A stretch of DNA of 64,000 nt from Alphaproteobacteria bacterium (GTDB lineage: Bacteria; Pseudomonadota; Alphaproteobacteria; Bin95). The DNA lies in the NCBI GenBank assembly GCA_964291285.2, contig OZ219785.1, positions 864,001 through 928,000 on the forward strand, in the 5' to 3' direction. Both the position numbers and the translations under genes were made by a program. This document shows, one piece after another, positions 1 through 9,376 of this stretch. How positions within the stretch are numbered: the stretch's first letter is position 1; every line of letters begins with the position of its first letter. The notes under the pieces were generated by a model. That model was not told where the DNA came from. It saw only the letters and a list, made by a program, of their open reading frames with translations, and made no database searches.

Positions 1-330
1 ATCGGGCGGGTTGTGCGAGCCGGTGACCATGACGCCCGCGTCGAGGCCCAGATGGTACATGGCGAAATAGAGCATCGGCGTCGGCCCGAGGCCGATGCGG
101 GTGGCGTCGACGCCCACGGCGGCCAGCCCCTCGACCAGTGCCGCCTCGAGGCCGGGAGAGCTCAGCCGGCCGTCACGGCCCACCGCCGCGCTCCGCAGGC
201 CGCCCCGCGCCAGCACGGTGCCGAAGGCGCGGCCGAGGGCGTGCGCATCCGCCTCCGACAGGGTCTCGCCGACAATGCCGCGCGCGTCGTATTCCCGGAG
301 GAAGGTCGGGTGAAAAACATGCCCGGTCAC
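1..330 (-). CDS. Phosphomannomutase/phosphoglucomutase, N-terminal part (runs off the window start)
   Basis: Manual translation from GTG at 330 (GTGA overlap with the ugd stop): ...[12 protein letters not shown]...[10 protein letters not shown]...[10 protein letters not shown]...[11 protein letters not shown], which includes the phosphohexomutase catalytic TGSHNP motif. Not in the ORF track. Confidence 0.9.
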   Translation of the reverse strand, partial: MTGHVFHPTFLREYDARGIVGETLSEADAHALGRAFGTVLARGGLRSAAVGRDGRLSSPGLEAALVEGLAAVGVDATRIGLGPTPMLYFAMYHLGLDAGVMVTGSHNPPD

Positions 331-1640
331 GGCGCCCGCCCCTTGCCGACGCCGCGATAGGAAAAGCCCGCTGCCGCCATTTCGGCGGGCTTGTAGACAT
401 TGCGCAGGTCCAGAAGCACGGGCGCGGCCATGACTCTGCGAAGGCGCCCCATGTCCACCGCGCGGAACTCGTTCCATTCCGTCACCAGCACGGCGCAATC
501 GGCGCCCTCGGCGGCGTCATAGACATCGCGGCACCAGGCGACATCCGGCAGCAGCGGCCGGGCGGTCTCCATGGCCTGCGGGTCGTAGGCGCGCACCTTC
601 GCCCCGGCCGCCTGCAAGGCCGGCACCAGCTCCAGGCTCGGCGCCTCGCGCATATCGTCCGTATTGGGCTTGAAGGCGAGGCCCAGCACCGCGACGGTCC
701 TGCCCGCCGCATCGCCGCCGAGCGCCTCCAGCACGCGCCCGGCCATCGCGCTCTTGCGGGCGTCGTTGACGGCGGCGGCCGTTTCCACCAGGCGCACCGG
801 AGCCCCGGCATCGCTGGCCGTCCGGGTCAGCGCCAGCGTGTCCTTCGGGAAGCAGGAGCCGCCATAGCCGGGGCCGGGATGCAGGAATTTGCCGCCGATG
901 CGCCGGTCGAGCCCCATGCCGCGCGCCACGTCCTGCACGTCCGCGCCCACGCACTCGCAGAGGTCCGCGATCTCGTTGATGAAGGTGATCTTGACCGCGA
1001 GGAAGGCATTGGCGGCGTATTTGGTGAGCTCCGCCGTCTCGCGGTCGGTGAACAGGATCGGCGTCTCGCGCAGGAAGAGCGGGCGGTAGAGCTCCTGCAT
1101 CGCGGCGCGGGCACGGTCGGTCTCGGCCCCGATCACCACCCGGTCGGGGTGCATGAAGTCCTCGATCGCCGCGCCCTCGCGCAGGAATTCCGGGTTGGAG
1201 ACGACATCGATCTCGGCGTCCGGGCGCAGTTCGCCGGCGATCCCGGCGACGCGGGCGCCCGTTCCCACCGGCACCGTCGATTTCGTCACCAGCACGGTGT
1301 AGCCCCGGACCGCCGCCACGACCTCGCGCGCCGCCTCGAGGACGAAGCTGAGATCCGCATGGCCGTCGCCGCGCCGGCTCGGCGTGCCGACGGCGATGAA
1401 CACGATATCCGCCCCGGCAACCGCCGCCGCAAGGTCGGTGGAAAAGGTCAGCCGCCCGGCCTCGACATTGCGCGCCACAAGGCCGTCGAGGCCCGGCTCG
1501 TAGATCGGCATCTCGCCCTGCCGAAGCCTCTCGATCCGCTCCGCGTCCTTGTCCACGCAGACCGCATCCGTGCCGAACTCGGTCAAACAGGCGCCCGTCA
1601 CCAGGCCGACATAGCCCGCGCCCACCATTGCAATGCGCAT
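327..1640 (-). CDS. ugd: UDP-glucose 6-dehydrogenase
   Basis: GAGYVG Rossmann motif, [19 protein letters not shown] catalytic Cys, [13 protein letters not shown]. Confidence 0.95.
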   Translation of the reverse strand: MRIAMVGAGYVGLVTGACLTEFGTDAVCVDKDAERIERLRQGEMPIYEPGLDGLVARNVEAGRLTFSTDLAAAVAGADIVFIAVGTPSRRGDGHADLSFVLEAAREVVAAVRGYTVLVTKSTVPVGTGARVAGIAGELRPDAEIDVVSNPEFLREGAAIEDFMHPDRVVIGAETDRARAAMQELYRPLFLRETPILFTDRETAELTKYAANAFLAVKITFINEIADLCECVGADVQDVARGMGLDRRIGGKFLHPGPGYGGSCFPKDTLALTRTASDAGAPVRLVETAAAVNDARKSAMAGRVLEALGGDAAGRTVAVLGLAFKPNTDDMREAPSLELVPALQAAGAKVRAYDPQAMETARPLLPDVAWCRDVYDAAEGADCAVLVTEWNEFRAVDMGRLRRVMAAPVLLDLRNVYKPAEMAAAGFSYRGVGKGRAP

Positions 1641-1680
1641 GTCCCGTCCCCCGCCGCCCTGTCCCGCGCCGGCCCCTGCT

Positions 1681-2550
1681 TCAAGCGAAGCGGGCCAGGA
1701 TTTCCCTTGCCGCCGGCGCGAGCTCGGGCCTTGCGAGCGCGCAGGCGATATTGGCTTCGAGAAAGCCCATCTTGTCGCCGCAGTCGAACCGCCGGCCCTC
1801 GAAGCGCAGGCCGTGGAAGGGCACGGCGCCGACCGTTCGCGCCATGGCGTCGGTCAACTGAATCTCCCCGCCGGCGCCCGTCTCATGCGCGTCTAAAGCC
1901 GTCAGCACCGAGGGATCGAGCACATAGCGCCCGACAATGGCGAGCGTCGAGGGGGCGTCGGCCGGGGCCGGCTTCTCCACAAGGCCCCGGACCGAGGCGA
2001 GCCGTCCGTCATCTTCTACAACGTCCAGCACGCCGTAGCGGCTCGTCTCTTCGCGCGGCACGTCCATGACCGCGACGACATTGCCGCCATGCGCGCGGTG
2101 GACGTCGAGAAGCTGGCCGAGGCAGGGCCGCTCCGAGAGCACGAGGTCGTCCGGCAGGATCACGGCGAAAGGTGCGGCGCCCACGACATGGCGCGCGCAC
2201 CAGACCGCATGGCCGAGGCCGAGCGGCGCCTGCTGGCGGACATGCACGACCGCGCCCGCCGCCGGCACCATCGCGGAAGCGGCGGCGCGCAAGTCCTCCT
2301 TGCCGCCCGCCGCCAGCGCTTCGTCGAGCTCCGCCGCGAGGTCGAAATGGTCCTCCATGGCCGCCTTGCCACGAGAGGTCACAAAGACGAACGTCTCGAT
2401 CCCGGCGGCCCGGGCCTCCTCGACCGCATACTGGATCAGGGGCTTGTCCACCACCGGCAGCATTTCCTTCGGCACGGCCTTGGTGGCCGGCAGGAAGCGC
2501 GTGCCGAGCCCGCCGGCAGGGATGACCGCCGTCTTTACCGGTCGCGTCAT
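1681..2550 (-). CDS. galU: UTP-glucose-1-phosphate uridylyltransferase
   Basis: Start MTRPVKTAVIPAGGLGTRFLPATKAVPKEMLP; VEKP and GGEIQLTDA motifs. Confidence 0.95.
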   Translation of the reverse strand: MTRPVKTAVIPAGGLGTRFLPATKAVPKEMLPVVDKPLIQYAVEEARAAGIETFVFVTSRGKAAMEDHFDLAAELDEALAAGGKEDLRAAASAMVPAAGAVVHVRQQAPLGLGHAVWCARHVVGAAPFAVILPDDLVLSERPCLGQLLDVHRAHGGNVVAVMDVPREETSRYGVLDVVEDDGRLASVRGLVEKPAPADAPSTLAIVGRYVLDPSVLTALDAHETGAGGEIQLTDAMARTVGAVPFHGLRFEGRRFDCGDKMGFLEANIACALARPELAPAAREILARFA

Positions 2551-2612
2551 GGATGAACGCCCCCTTCTTTCCCCGCATGCGCGAGTCCTGCGCCTCAGCT
2601 CGACTTTGTGCA

Positions 2613-4019
2613 TTATGCTGCGAAGCAGAGGGCGTACTGCATCCGCCTTATCTTGTCGGGCGGAATTATGTTTGGTTCCCGGTGTGGCGGGGAGCGCGAT
2701 AAATTGTTTCCAAGCCAGAGTTGGCATCGTATGGCCGCGATTGCATCGGAGAATGTGACGCTGGTTTTCTGGTACCAGGCGGCGGCGTAGGACAGGTGGT
2801 TTGTCGAGAGCACGTCTGTGGCCCAGAGGCAGACGAGGCTGTAGAGCCCGCAGAGGACGGGGGTGGTTCGTGCGATCGCCGCGTGTGACCACTGGCGTTG
2901 TGTTTCGAGCCCGAGATGGGCGCGCAGTTCCTGGAAGGTGACCTCGACCTGCCAGCGCCGCACGAAGGTGGCGATGATCTTGGCCGGCTCCATGTTGGTG
3001 TCGGTGCAGAAGAACGCCTGCGGGTCCCGCTCGCCTTCCGGGTCTCGCACCAGCACCCATCGGATGGCCTTGGGAGGTGTGCCGGGACGATACCAGAGCG
3101 CGGTATCGGAGATGATCTGGAGTGTCTTTTCCTTCGAACTTCCGTACCAGCGCGGAAGCGTGATGCTTGTCCAGCGGGCATCGGGGTCGTCAAGGCGGGT
3201 CTGGAGCTTGGGCGGGGGCGGCCCCTTTTGCCGGGGTCGACCGCGTTTGTTCGGGTCGCGCGGCGGCGGGGGCGCGAAGAGGTTGGCATCGAGCCTCAGC
3301 CTGCTGATGAGGGTTGCGCGCTGTCCGATGCGCCAGGCGAGTTCGTGGGTTCCGAAACTGCTGTCGGCGACGAAGACGATCGCGCGTTGCGGGACCCAGC
3401 GAAGGATTTGAAGCATGCCCTGTCGCGCCCAGTCGGTGAGTTGCTTGTGACGCCGGCCTTGCCTGGCGGCGAAGCGTTCGGACGGGGCCAGGATGGTCAG
3501 GAAGGGCAGGGCCCTGATGCCCGGCGACCAGGGCAGCGGGACAAGCAGCATGAAGCTGAGCCAGCGCAGCCCGCTGGTCTTGACGAAATGGCCATGGCTG
3601 GAACGCACCGGGTCGCGATAGATGCCGCGCGCCTTGATACGCGCGCCCCAGCGGCGCTCGATGGTGTCATCGAGCCCGATGATGATCGGTCCCTGCCCGG
3701 CAAGCCGCGCCACCAGCACGAGCACGAGCCGGCGTGAAAGGTCACGCGGGTCCCAGCGGGCGCGATTGAGAACCTGATGGTAGGACGAGAATGTCTCGCA
3801 CATCGCCCGCCCGGTCACCCGCAGGCAGGCCGACACGGTTCTCTTGCCCGGCGCCAGCAACGCTCCCATGACCAGAACCGCCACCAGCCGCCAGGTCGGG
3901 GATGAGAAGGCGCCTCGAAAGGGCTCCAGCCAGTCGATCAGGAACGGCGGAACCGGATCGCCGATGGCGCTCGAAGGGTCGTCGAAATGTGTCATGACGA
4001 CCTTCGAATCCAGAAGCAT
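2613..4019 (-). CDS. IS701-family DDE transposase
   Basis: LDDTIERRWG...GIYRDPVRSS, VADSSF and RWQVEVTFQE motifs; exact start uncertain. Confidence 0.85.
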   Translation of the reverse strand: MLLDSKVVMTHFDDPSSAIGDPVPPFLIDWLEPFRGAFSSPTWRLVAVLVMGALLAPGKRTVSACLRVTGRAMCETFSSYHQVLNRARWDPRDLSRRLVLVLVARLAGQGPIIIGLDDTIERRWGARIKARGIYRDPVRSSHGHFVKTSGLRWLSFMLLVPLPWSPGIRALPFLTILAPSERFAARQGRRHKQLTDWARQGMLQILRWVPQRAIVFVADSSFGTHELAWRIGQRATLISRLRLDANLFAPPPPRDPNKRGRPRQKGPPPPKLQTRLDDPDARWTSITLPRWYGSSKEKTLQIISDTALWYRPGTPPKAIRWVLVRDPEGERDPQAFFCTDTNMEPAKIIATFVRRWQVEVTFQELRAHLGLETQRQWSHAAIARTTPVLCGLYSLVCLWATDVLSTNHLSYAAAWYQKTSVTFSDAIAAIRCQLWLGNNLSRSPPHREPNIIPPDKIRRMQYALCFAA

Positions 4020-4104
4020 CCGGCATGCAAGGGCGCCCGCATGCGACCGGGTGAATCAGCATCGCTGCAGCGACAGAAGCCATCCAATCCGATATCACTG
4101 CTTC

Positions 4105-4392
4105 ATGGCCGCATCCGACCCCTGTCTGGCGCGCATCGAAGCGTTCAACAAATCCAGGGGCGGGGGCGTGACGGTCACCAGGGTGCGCGGCGGCTACAAT
4201 CTGTATCTCACGGCCACGCAGGCACCGATCGCAAGGCTCCAGCCGAAAGGCTCAGGTGACAAGATGAGGGTGCGCTACTGGTCCTGGCGCCAGTCCTGGC
4301 AGGACGTCGGAGACATGGGGGGCATCGTGCTCCCGCTCGAACAGGCCCTCGACGAAATCGCCAAAAACGAGATCTTCTGGACATGGACGTGA
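4105..4392 (+). CDS. Small hypothetical protein carried inside the IS701 element
   Basis: 95-aa ORF MAASDPCLARIEAF...NEIFWTWT ending 8 bp before the right IR. Confidence 0.6.
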   Translation: MAASDPCLARIEAFNKSRGGGVTVTRVRGGYNLYLTATQAPIARLQPKGSGDKMRVRYWSWRQSWQDVGDMGGIVLPLEQALDEIAKNEIFWTWT

Positions 4393-4415
4393 GGTAATTT
4401 TGTACAAAGTCGAGC

Positions 4416-5114
4416 TCAGGACCCGAGCAATATATCCTTCGCCTGGTTTATTTGCGCGGCGAAGAATGTCGAGCCGCCCCGGTCCGGGTGGTATTCCCGC
4501 ATCAGCCGGCGGTGGGCGGCGCGGATTTCGGCCGCGGCCGCCCCGGGGCTGAGGCCGAGCACCCTGTAGGCTTCGTCGCGGCTCATCCCGGCGCCGCCTG
4601 CGGCTGGCGCTTCGTGCGCGGCCCTGTCGCGCCAGTTCTCCGGTCCCTCGCGGTCCAGCCAGCTTTCCAGGAGCTGGGCCGAGCGCGGGTCGTTGCCGGT
4701 GTAGAAGCGCAAGAGGTCGAACAGCTGGCCCTCGGCGAGGTCGGAGAGGCTCGCGCCGGTATGCGGGCCGTCGATCACCCGTCCGTGCATGGCCCCGGAA
4801 TCGTGGTCGAGGCGCATGGAAAGGAAACGGGTCTGGACCTCCGATCCCTTGCCGGGCGTGGGGCCTCTCGCGGTCTTCGCCATGTTGCGCGCGCGCCGCC
4901 ACTGCATGAACAGGCCGAACAGCAGCGGCGCCAGCAGGCCCAGCACGAGGCCGCGCCCGAACACCAGCAGCAGGAGCACGGCCGCACCCATGACCAGTAC
5001 GGCCGCCAGCCTGAGCACGCGCAGGAGCACCCTGGGGTCGGCATTGGCGGCCCAGCGCGCAAGCAGCGGCAGGCAGACCAGCAGCGCCAGGACCAGGACG
5101 ACGACGCCGATCAC
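4416..5114 (-). CDS. Membrane-anchored J-domain (DnaJ-like) protein
   Basis: Hydrophobic N-terminus; C-terminal EAYRVLGL...YHPDRGGS...INQAKDILL with the HPD motif. Confidence 0.85.
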   Translation of the reverse strand: MIGVVVLVLALLVCLPLLARWAANADPRVLLRVLRLAAVLVMGAAVLLLLVFGRGLVLGLLAPLLFGLFMQWRRARNMAKTARGPTPGKGSEVQTRFLSMRLDHDSGAMHGRVIDGPHTGASLSDLAEGQLFDLLRFYTGNDPRSAQLLESWLDREGPENWRDRAAHEAPAAGGAGMSRDEAYRVLGLSPGAAAAEIRAAHRRLMREYHPDRGGSTFFAAQINQAKDILLGS

Positions 5115-5824
5115 CGCCGCCGGCTCCTCCCGCCACCCGGCAGGGCCTTCATCTGCCCGGCCAGTTGCTTCGCCGCGCTGCCGGGAAGCGACGTCAGCGC
5201 AGCCCGCCCGCCGGCCGCGAACGCCGCCACGGCCCGCAGCAGCGCGCGCAGCTGCTCGGCGCTCCCGGTGTCGAACCGGCAGCAGGCGCCGCCGGTCAGC
5301 CGGGCGATCTCGTTGAAGCCGCGCGTCGCCAGCGGGTCGCCCCCCTCCTGGAACAGGAAGGCCGGCGTGCCGAGCATGCCGAGCCGGCCGGCCTCATGCG
5401 AAACACGGTCGATATCCTCCTCGAACGCATCGCCCACGAAGACCAGCGCATCGACCTTGCGCTTGTTCGTCTCCTTGGCGGCATGGGCCAGCACGCGGCC
5501 AATCTGCGTCAGGCCGCCATAGCAGCGGATCTGCAGCATCCGTTTCAGCAGGTCGTTGGCATTGCGCACCCACCCGCTCGCCTTGCACTCGCGGAAACCG
5601 CGATAGAAGACGAGCTGCACTTCGAGCCCGCCCAGCGCTGCTGCGGTCTGGAACATCTCGGCCTGGAGGTGGCTCGCGCGGTCCCAGGTCGGTTCGCGGC
5701 TGGCGGTGGCGTCGAGCGCGAAGATCAGCCGCCCGCCGCCTTCCGGGCGCGGCGTCCGGGCCGCCTTTTTGAGGAAGGCGTCGATATCGCCCTCAGGCGA
5801 GAAGCGTGTCGGCGTTCCGGCCAT
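5111..5824 (-). CDS. VWA-domain protein
   Basis: LIFALDATASR MIDAS-like motif, GLTQIG, VFVGDAFEE; stop overlaps the J-domain gene start. Confidence 0.8.
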   Translation of the reverse strand: MAGTPTRFSPEGDIDAFLKKAARTPRPEGGGRLIFALDATASREPTWDRASHLQAEMFQTAAALGGLEVQLVFYRGFRECKASGWVRNANDLLKRMLQIRCYGGLTQIGRVLAHAAKETNKRKVDALVFVGDAFEEDIDRVSHEAGRLGMLGTPAFLFQEGGDPLATRGFNEIARLTGGACCRFDTGSAEQLRALLRAVAAFAAGGRAALTSLPGSAAKQLAGQMKALPGGGRSRRR

Positions 5825-5917
5825 AGCTGCGCGGAAACATACACTATCGCGCCGCCCCTGTGTCCCCGCCGCCCTCGGTTCACGGACGGGTTGCTCGATC
5901 CCGATCGGCACCGCCGC

Positions 5918-6517
5918 TCAGAACCACACGGCGGCGACCGACACGACCGTGACGATGGCGAGGACGAGATTGACTGTGAACCATTGTGCGTCCGTCCTGA
6001 GCATGCGTCCGAGCACCGCCCCGCCCAGGCACCAGAGGACCATCGCCCCCATTGCAGCGCAGCCGAAGCTCGCCGCCAGCAGCAGGGCCAGTTCCAGCGA
6101 GCTGCTGGTGAACTCGGCATAGGCGCCCGCCGCCGCCAGCCCCATCATCCAGGCTTTCGGTGCGAGAAACAGGACGGCCAGCCCCGTCACGAATCCCATG
6201 GCCCGTTCTCCGCCCGCATCCTCCGACGCGCGCGGCGCACCGCTTCGGAAGATCCGCCAGGCAAGCCATACGAGATAGCCGGAACCGAGGACCTTGATCG
6301 CGAGTTGCAGCGATGGCGCCGTTTGCAACAGGGCGGAGAGGCCGAAAGCCCCGGCTGCCGTGAGCAACGCGAGGCCTGCGGCGACCCCCGCCGCCAGAGG
6401 CAGGCTTCCGACGAGGCCGTACCGGACCCCGGAGGCTGCCGCCAACAGCGTGCTCGGCCCCGGCGTGATGGTCGTCGCAACGGCCAGCACCACCAGCGAG
6501 ATCAAGAACTCCGGCAT
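5918..6517 (-). CDS. LysE/RhtB-family exporter
   Basis: TPGP motif near the N-terminus, YLVWLAWRI, about 6 hydrophobic segments, 199 aa. Confidence 0.85.
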   Translation of the reverse strand: MPEFLISLVVLAVATTITPGPSTLLAAASGVRYGLVGSLPLAAGVAAGLALLTAAGAFGLSALLQTAPSLQLAIKVLGSGYLVWLAWRIFRSGAPRASEDAGGERAMGFVTGLAVLFLAPKAWMMGLAAAGAYAEFTSSSLELALLLAASFGCAAMGAMVLWCLGGAVLGRMLRTDAQWFTVNLVLAIVTVVSVAAVWF

Positions 6518-6547
6518 TGATTGTCCGCCTCCCGGAACGGCGCTGTC

Positions 6548-7048
6548 CTATTGCGGATGCCACGCCCGGAGTTCGCCTCGCGGCGCGGGAATGTCCGGGG
6601 CAAGCGCCATGTGGTGGACCCGATCCGCCGGTTCGCCCGCGACCCGGACGCCTGCCGCCGCTGCCGGGCCGAAGCCGAGCGGCGCGTAATAGTCCCGCTC
6701 GCCGAGCAGGAAGACATGGGGCCAGCCGGCGGCGCGCGCCGCATCCAGGGAATGGCGGAGCAGCGCCCGGCCGATCCCCTGCCCGCGAAGCGCCGGCTCA
6801 ACCGCGAGCGGGCCGAGCAGCAGGGCGCAGGCGCCCTTGTCCCCGATCGCGACCGGCGTCTGCTGCACGCTGCCGACCAGGCGTCCGTCCATCCGCGCGG
6901 CAAAGGAAAGCGCCGGGCAGGGCGGGTTGCCGGCGCGGAGGCGGTAGGAGGACTTGTTCCTGCGGTCCCGCCCGAACACAAGGTCGAGCAGCGCTTCCAC
7001 TGCGGGCCGGTCGGCGGATTCAAGCGGAGAAATCTGGAAAGAACGCAT
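6548..7048 (-). CDS. GNAT N-acetyltransferase (YhbS-like)
   Basis: LLGPLAVEPALRGQGIGRAL acetyl-CoA motif A; VFLLGERDYYAPLGF. Confidence 0.85.
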   Translation of the reverse strand: MRSFQISPLESADRPAVEALLDLVFGRDRRNKSSYRLRAGNPPCPALSFAARMDGRLVGSVQQTPVAIGDKGACALLLGPLAVEPALRGQGIGRALLRHSLDAARAAGWPHVFLLGERDYYAPLGFGPAAAAGVRVAGEPADRVHHMALAPDIPAPRGELRAWHPQ

Positions 7049-7111
7049 GGTCGGAAGGCTCCCGGACGGACAAAGCGGCGGCGATGCCGGCCGGAGCCGT
7101 GTCCGGCCGGT

Positions 7112-7181
7112 TCAGCCGCGCTTTCGTCGGAGCCAGCGAACCATGGATGCAAGACTAACCCGGATTTCCAGCCCTTGTCAC
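7112..7181 (-). promoter_or_regulatory. Putative sigma70 promoter plus near-leaderless Arg-rich uORF (MVRWLRRKRG) upstream of the GNAT gene
   Basis: GTGACA (7181-7176) and TAGTCT (7157-7152) on the minus strand, ATG at 7144, TGA ending 7112, followed by a CCGGCCGG-stem hairpin. Confidence 0.4.
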
Positions 7182-7198
7182 GGCCCGAACGGGACAGG

Positions 7199-7879
7199 TC
7201 ATTCCAGCCAGACGGGGTCCTTCAGGCCGGCGATGAACGCCTTGTGGGCGGCAAGCTCCTCCGCCGTCGGCGCATGGGACCGGGGCGGCCGGAAGGGGCT
7301 GCTCGTCTGTGTCTTCCCCACGGTTTCGGCATTGCCGCCGGCGCCGGCCTGGAAGGCAAGGCCCGGCTGGCGGCCGCCGGTCAGGTGCAGATAGACCTCC
7401 GCCAGCAGGCGGCAATCCACCAGCGCGCCATGCAGAGCGCGAACCGAGAGGTCGATCTCGAACCGCTTGCAGAGCGCATCCAGGCTGTTCGGCGCCCCGG
7501 CGAAGCGGCTGCGCGCCATCTGCAGCGTATCGACCAGCCGCTCCCCGGCGAGCGGCGGCAGGCCGAGCCGGGTGAATTCGGCGTTAAGGAAGCCGGCGTC
7601 GAAGGGCGCGTTGTGGATCACCAGCGGCGCATCGCCGACATATTCCAGAAAGCCTTCCGCGACCTCGGCGAAGCGCGGCTTGTCCCGGAGGAACTCTTCC
7701 GACAGCTCGTGGATGCGGTAGGCTTCCTCCGGCATGTCGCGCTCGGGATTGATATAGCTGTGCCAGTGCGAGCCGGTCGGAACGCGGTTCACGAGCTCCA
7801 GCGCGCCGATTTCCACGACACGATGCCCGTCCGACGGGTCGAGCCCGGTGGTCTCGGTGTCGAGGACGATCTCACGCAT
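7199..7879 (-). CDS. dnaQ: DNA polymerase III epsilon subunit
   Basis: VLDTETTG (ExoI), HNAPFD (ExoII), HGALVD (ExoIII). Confidence 0.95.
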   Translation of the reverse strand: MREIVLDTETTGLDPSDGHRVVEIGALELVNRVPTGSHWHSYINPERDMPEEAYRIHELSEEFLRDKPRFAEVAEGFLEYVGDAPLVIHNAPFDAGFLNAEFTRLGLPPLAGERLVDTLQMARSRFAGAPNSLDALCKRFEIDLSVRALHGALVDCRLLAEVYLHLTGGRQPGLAFQAGAGGNAETVGKTQTSSPFRPPRSHAPTAEELAAHKAFIAGLKDPVWLE

Positions 7880-8540
7880 TCCGCTTTCCTTCCTTGCCGA
7901 ACCGCCGCCGCGCCATACGCGGCGGACATTGCGAATGGCGCCGCCGGCGCAGCATGGCCCTCAGCCGGTCGCGGGTCAGCCGCCGGCCGGCGCCCGTCGG
8001 CACTACTATATCGGCGCGCTTGCGCTTTTCCGCATCTGCCATCTGTTTCGCACGCACGGAGTCGAGCAGCTCCCTTGTGACGCCGGGGCGGGCCAGCACG
8101 CGGGCCGCCTGGATATGCGCCGGCGCAGAGACGACGACGGTCCAGTCGCAGCGCTTCTCGCCGCCCGTTTCGAAGAGCAGCGGCACATCGCGCACCACCG
8201 CCCGCCGGCGCTCGCGCGCAGCCCGGCGCAGGAAGGCGCGTTCGGCCCGCCCGACCAAAGGATGCACGATGCGCTCCAGCCGCCGGAGCGCGTCCGCGTC
8301 TGCGAACACGACGTCCCCGAGCGCGCGCCGGTTGACCGCGCCATCGCTGACCGTGCCCGGAAAGGCCGCTTCGATGGGCGCCACGGCCGCCCCGCCGGCC
8401 GCCATCATGCGATGCACCGCGGCATCGGCGTCGAACACGGGCAGCCCGGCCTCGCGCAGCATGGCGGCGGCGGTGCTCTTGCCCATGCCGATGGAGCCGG
8501 TGAGGCCGAGCACGCGGGGCAGGGTGCGCCGGCGCTTCAC
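7872..8540 (-). CDS. coaE: Dephospho-CoA kinase
   Basis: GLTGSIGMGKST P-loop, DAD, VPLLFE. Confidence 0.95.
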   Translation of the reverse strand: MKRRRTLPRVLGLTGSIGMGKSTAAAMLREAGLPVFDADAAVHRMMAAGGAAVAPIEAAFPGTVSDGAVNRRALGDVVFADADALRRLERIVHPLVGRAERAFLRRAARERRRAVVRDVPLLFETGGEKRCDWTVVVSAPAHIQAARVLARPGVTRELLDSVRAKQMADAEKRKRADIVVPTGAGRRLTRDRLRAMLRRRRHSQCPPRMARRRFGKEGKRNA

Positions 8541-9376
8541 AGCCCGGCCAGCACGCTTTCGCGGAGCGCGTCATCCACTTCCGGGTCGGTGCCGAACCAG
8601 GCCGCGAAACCGGGCCGGGCCTGGTGCAGCAGCATGCCGAGCCCGTCCACTGCGGCGAGGCGGCGCCGGCGCGCGACGGCGAGCAGCGGCGTTTCAAGCG
8701 GCACATAGACGATGTCGTTCACCACCGCGTCTTCCGGCAGCGCGTCGAGGGAAATCTCCAGCGGCGGGCTGCCGGTCATGCCGAGGCTTGTGGTGTTGAC
8801 GAGAAGGCCCGCGCCGTCGAGCGCCGCATCCCGCTCCTCCCATGCTATCGCCGTCATCGGCCCGCCGATCTCGTCCACAACCGTTTCGGCCCGCGCGGCC
8901 GTTCGATTGGCGAGCCGCACTTCCGATGCACCGGCATCGACCAGCGCCGCCGCCACCGCGCGCGCCGAGCCGCCCGCGCCGAGCACGACCGCCACGCCCG
9001 GCCGCCAGTCCGGCGCGGAGGCGCGCAGATGCTCCAGGAAGCCGTAGGCGTCCGTATTGCTGCCATGCAACGAGCCGTCCTCGCGCGCCACGACCGTGTT
9101 GACTGCGCCGATGCGCCGGGCGACCGGGTCCGCCTCGTCCACTGCCCGGAGCGCGGTTTCCTTGTGCGGCAGGGTGACATTGGTGCCGGAGAAGCCCAGC
9201 CGCGGCAGCATGCGGATGGCGTCATAGCCGTCTTCGGGACGCACCGAATAGGGGATATAGGCGCCGTCTATGCCGTAGCGCGCGAGCCAGTGGCCGTGGA
9301 TCGCCGGCGAACGCGAATGCGAGACCGGCCAGCCCATGATGCCGGCCACCTTCGCCGCCCCGGTCAGCATGCCCAT
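8537..9376 (-). CDS. aroE: Shikimate dehydrogenase
   Basis: HSRSP, NVTLPHK, GAVNT, NTD, GAGGSA, GLGMLLHQA. Confidence 0.95.
   Translation of the reverse strand: MGMLTGAAKVAGIMGWPVSHSRSPAIHGHWLARYGIDGAYIPYSVRPEDGYDAIRMLPRLGFSGTNVTLPHKETALRAVDEADPVARRIGAVNTVVAREDGSLHGSNTDAYGFLEHLRASAPDWRPGVAVVLGAGGSARAVAAALVDAGASEVRLANRTAARAETVVDEIGGPMTAIAWEERDAALDGAGLLVNTTSLGMTGSPPLEISLDALPEDAVVNDIVYVPLETPLLAVARRRRLAAVDGLGMLLHQARPGFAAWFGTDPEVDDALRESVLAGL

Larger units (their letters stand above)
2598..4415. mobile_element. IS701-family insertion sequence with a divergent passenger ORF
   Basis: Terminal inverted repeats GCTCGACTTTGTGCA (2598-2612) / TGTACAAAGTCGAGC (4401-4415), flanked by TCA on both sides (2595-2597, 4416-4418). 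Confidence 0.85.

Noticed and set aside
138-2069. Long alternative-frame ORFs (e.g. 138-2069, 13492-15981, 19159-21501, 55274-57733)
   Set aside because: Shadow ORFs of high-GC DNA opposite well-supported genes; Arg/Pro/Ala-rich with no motifs.
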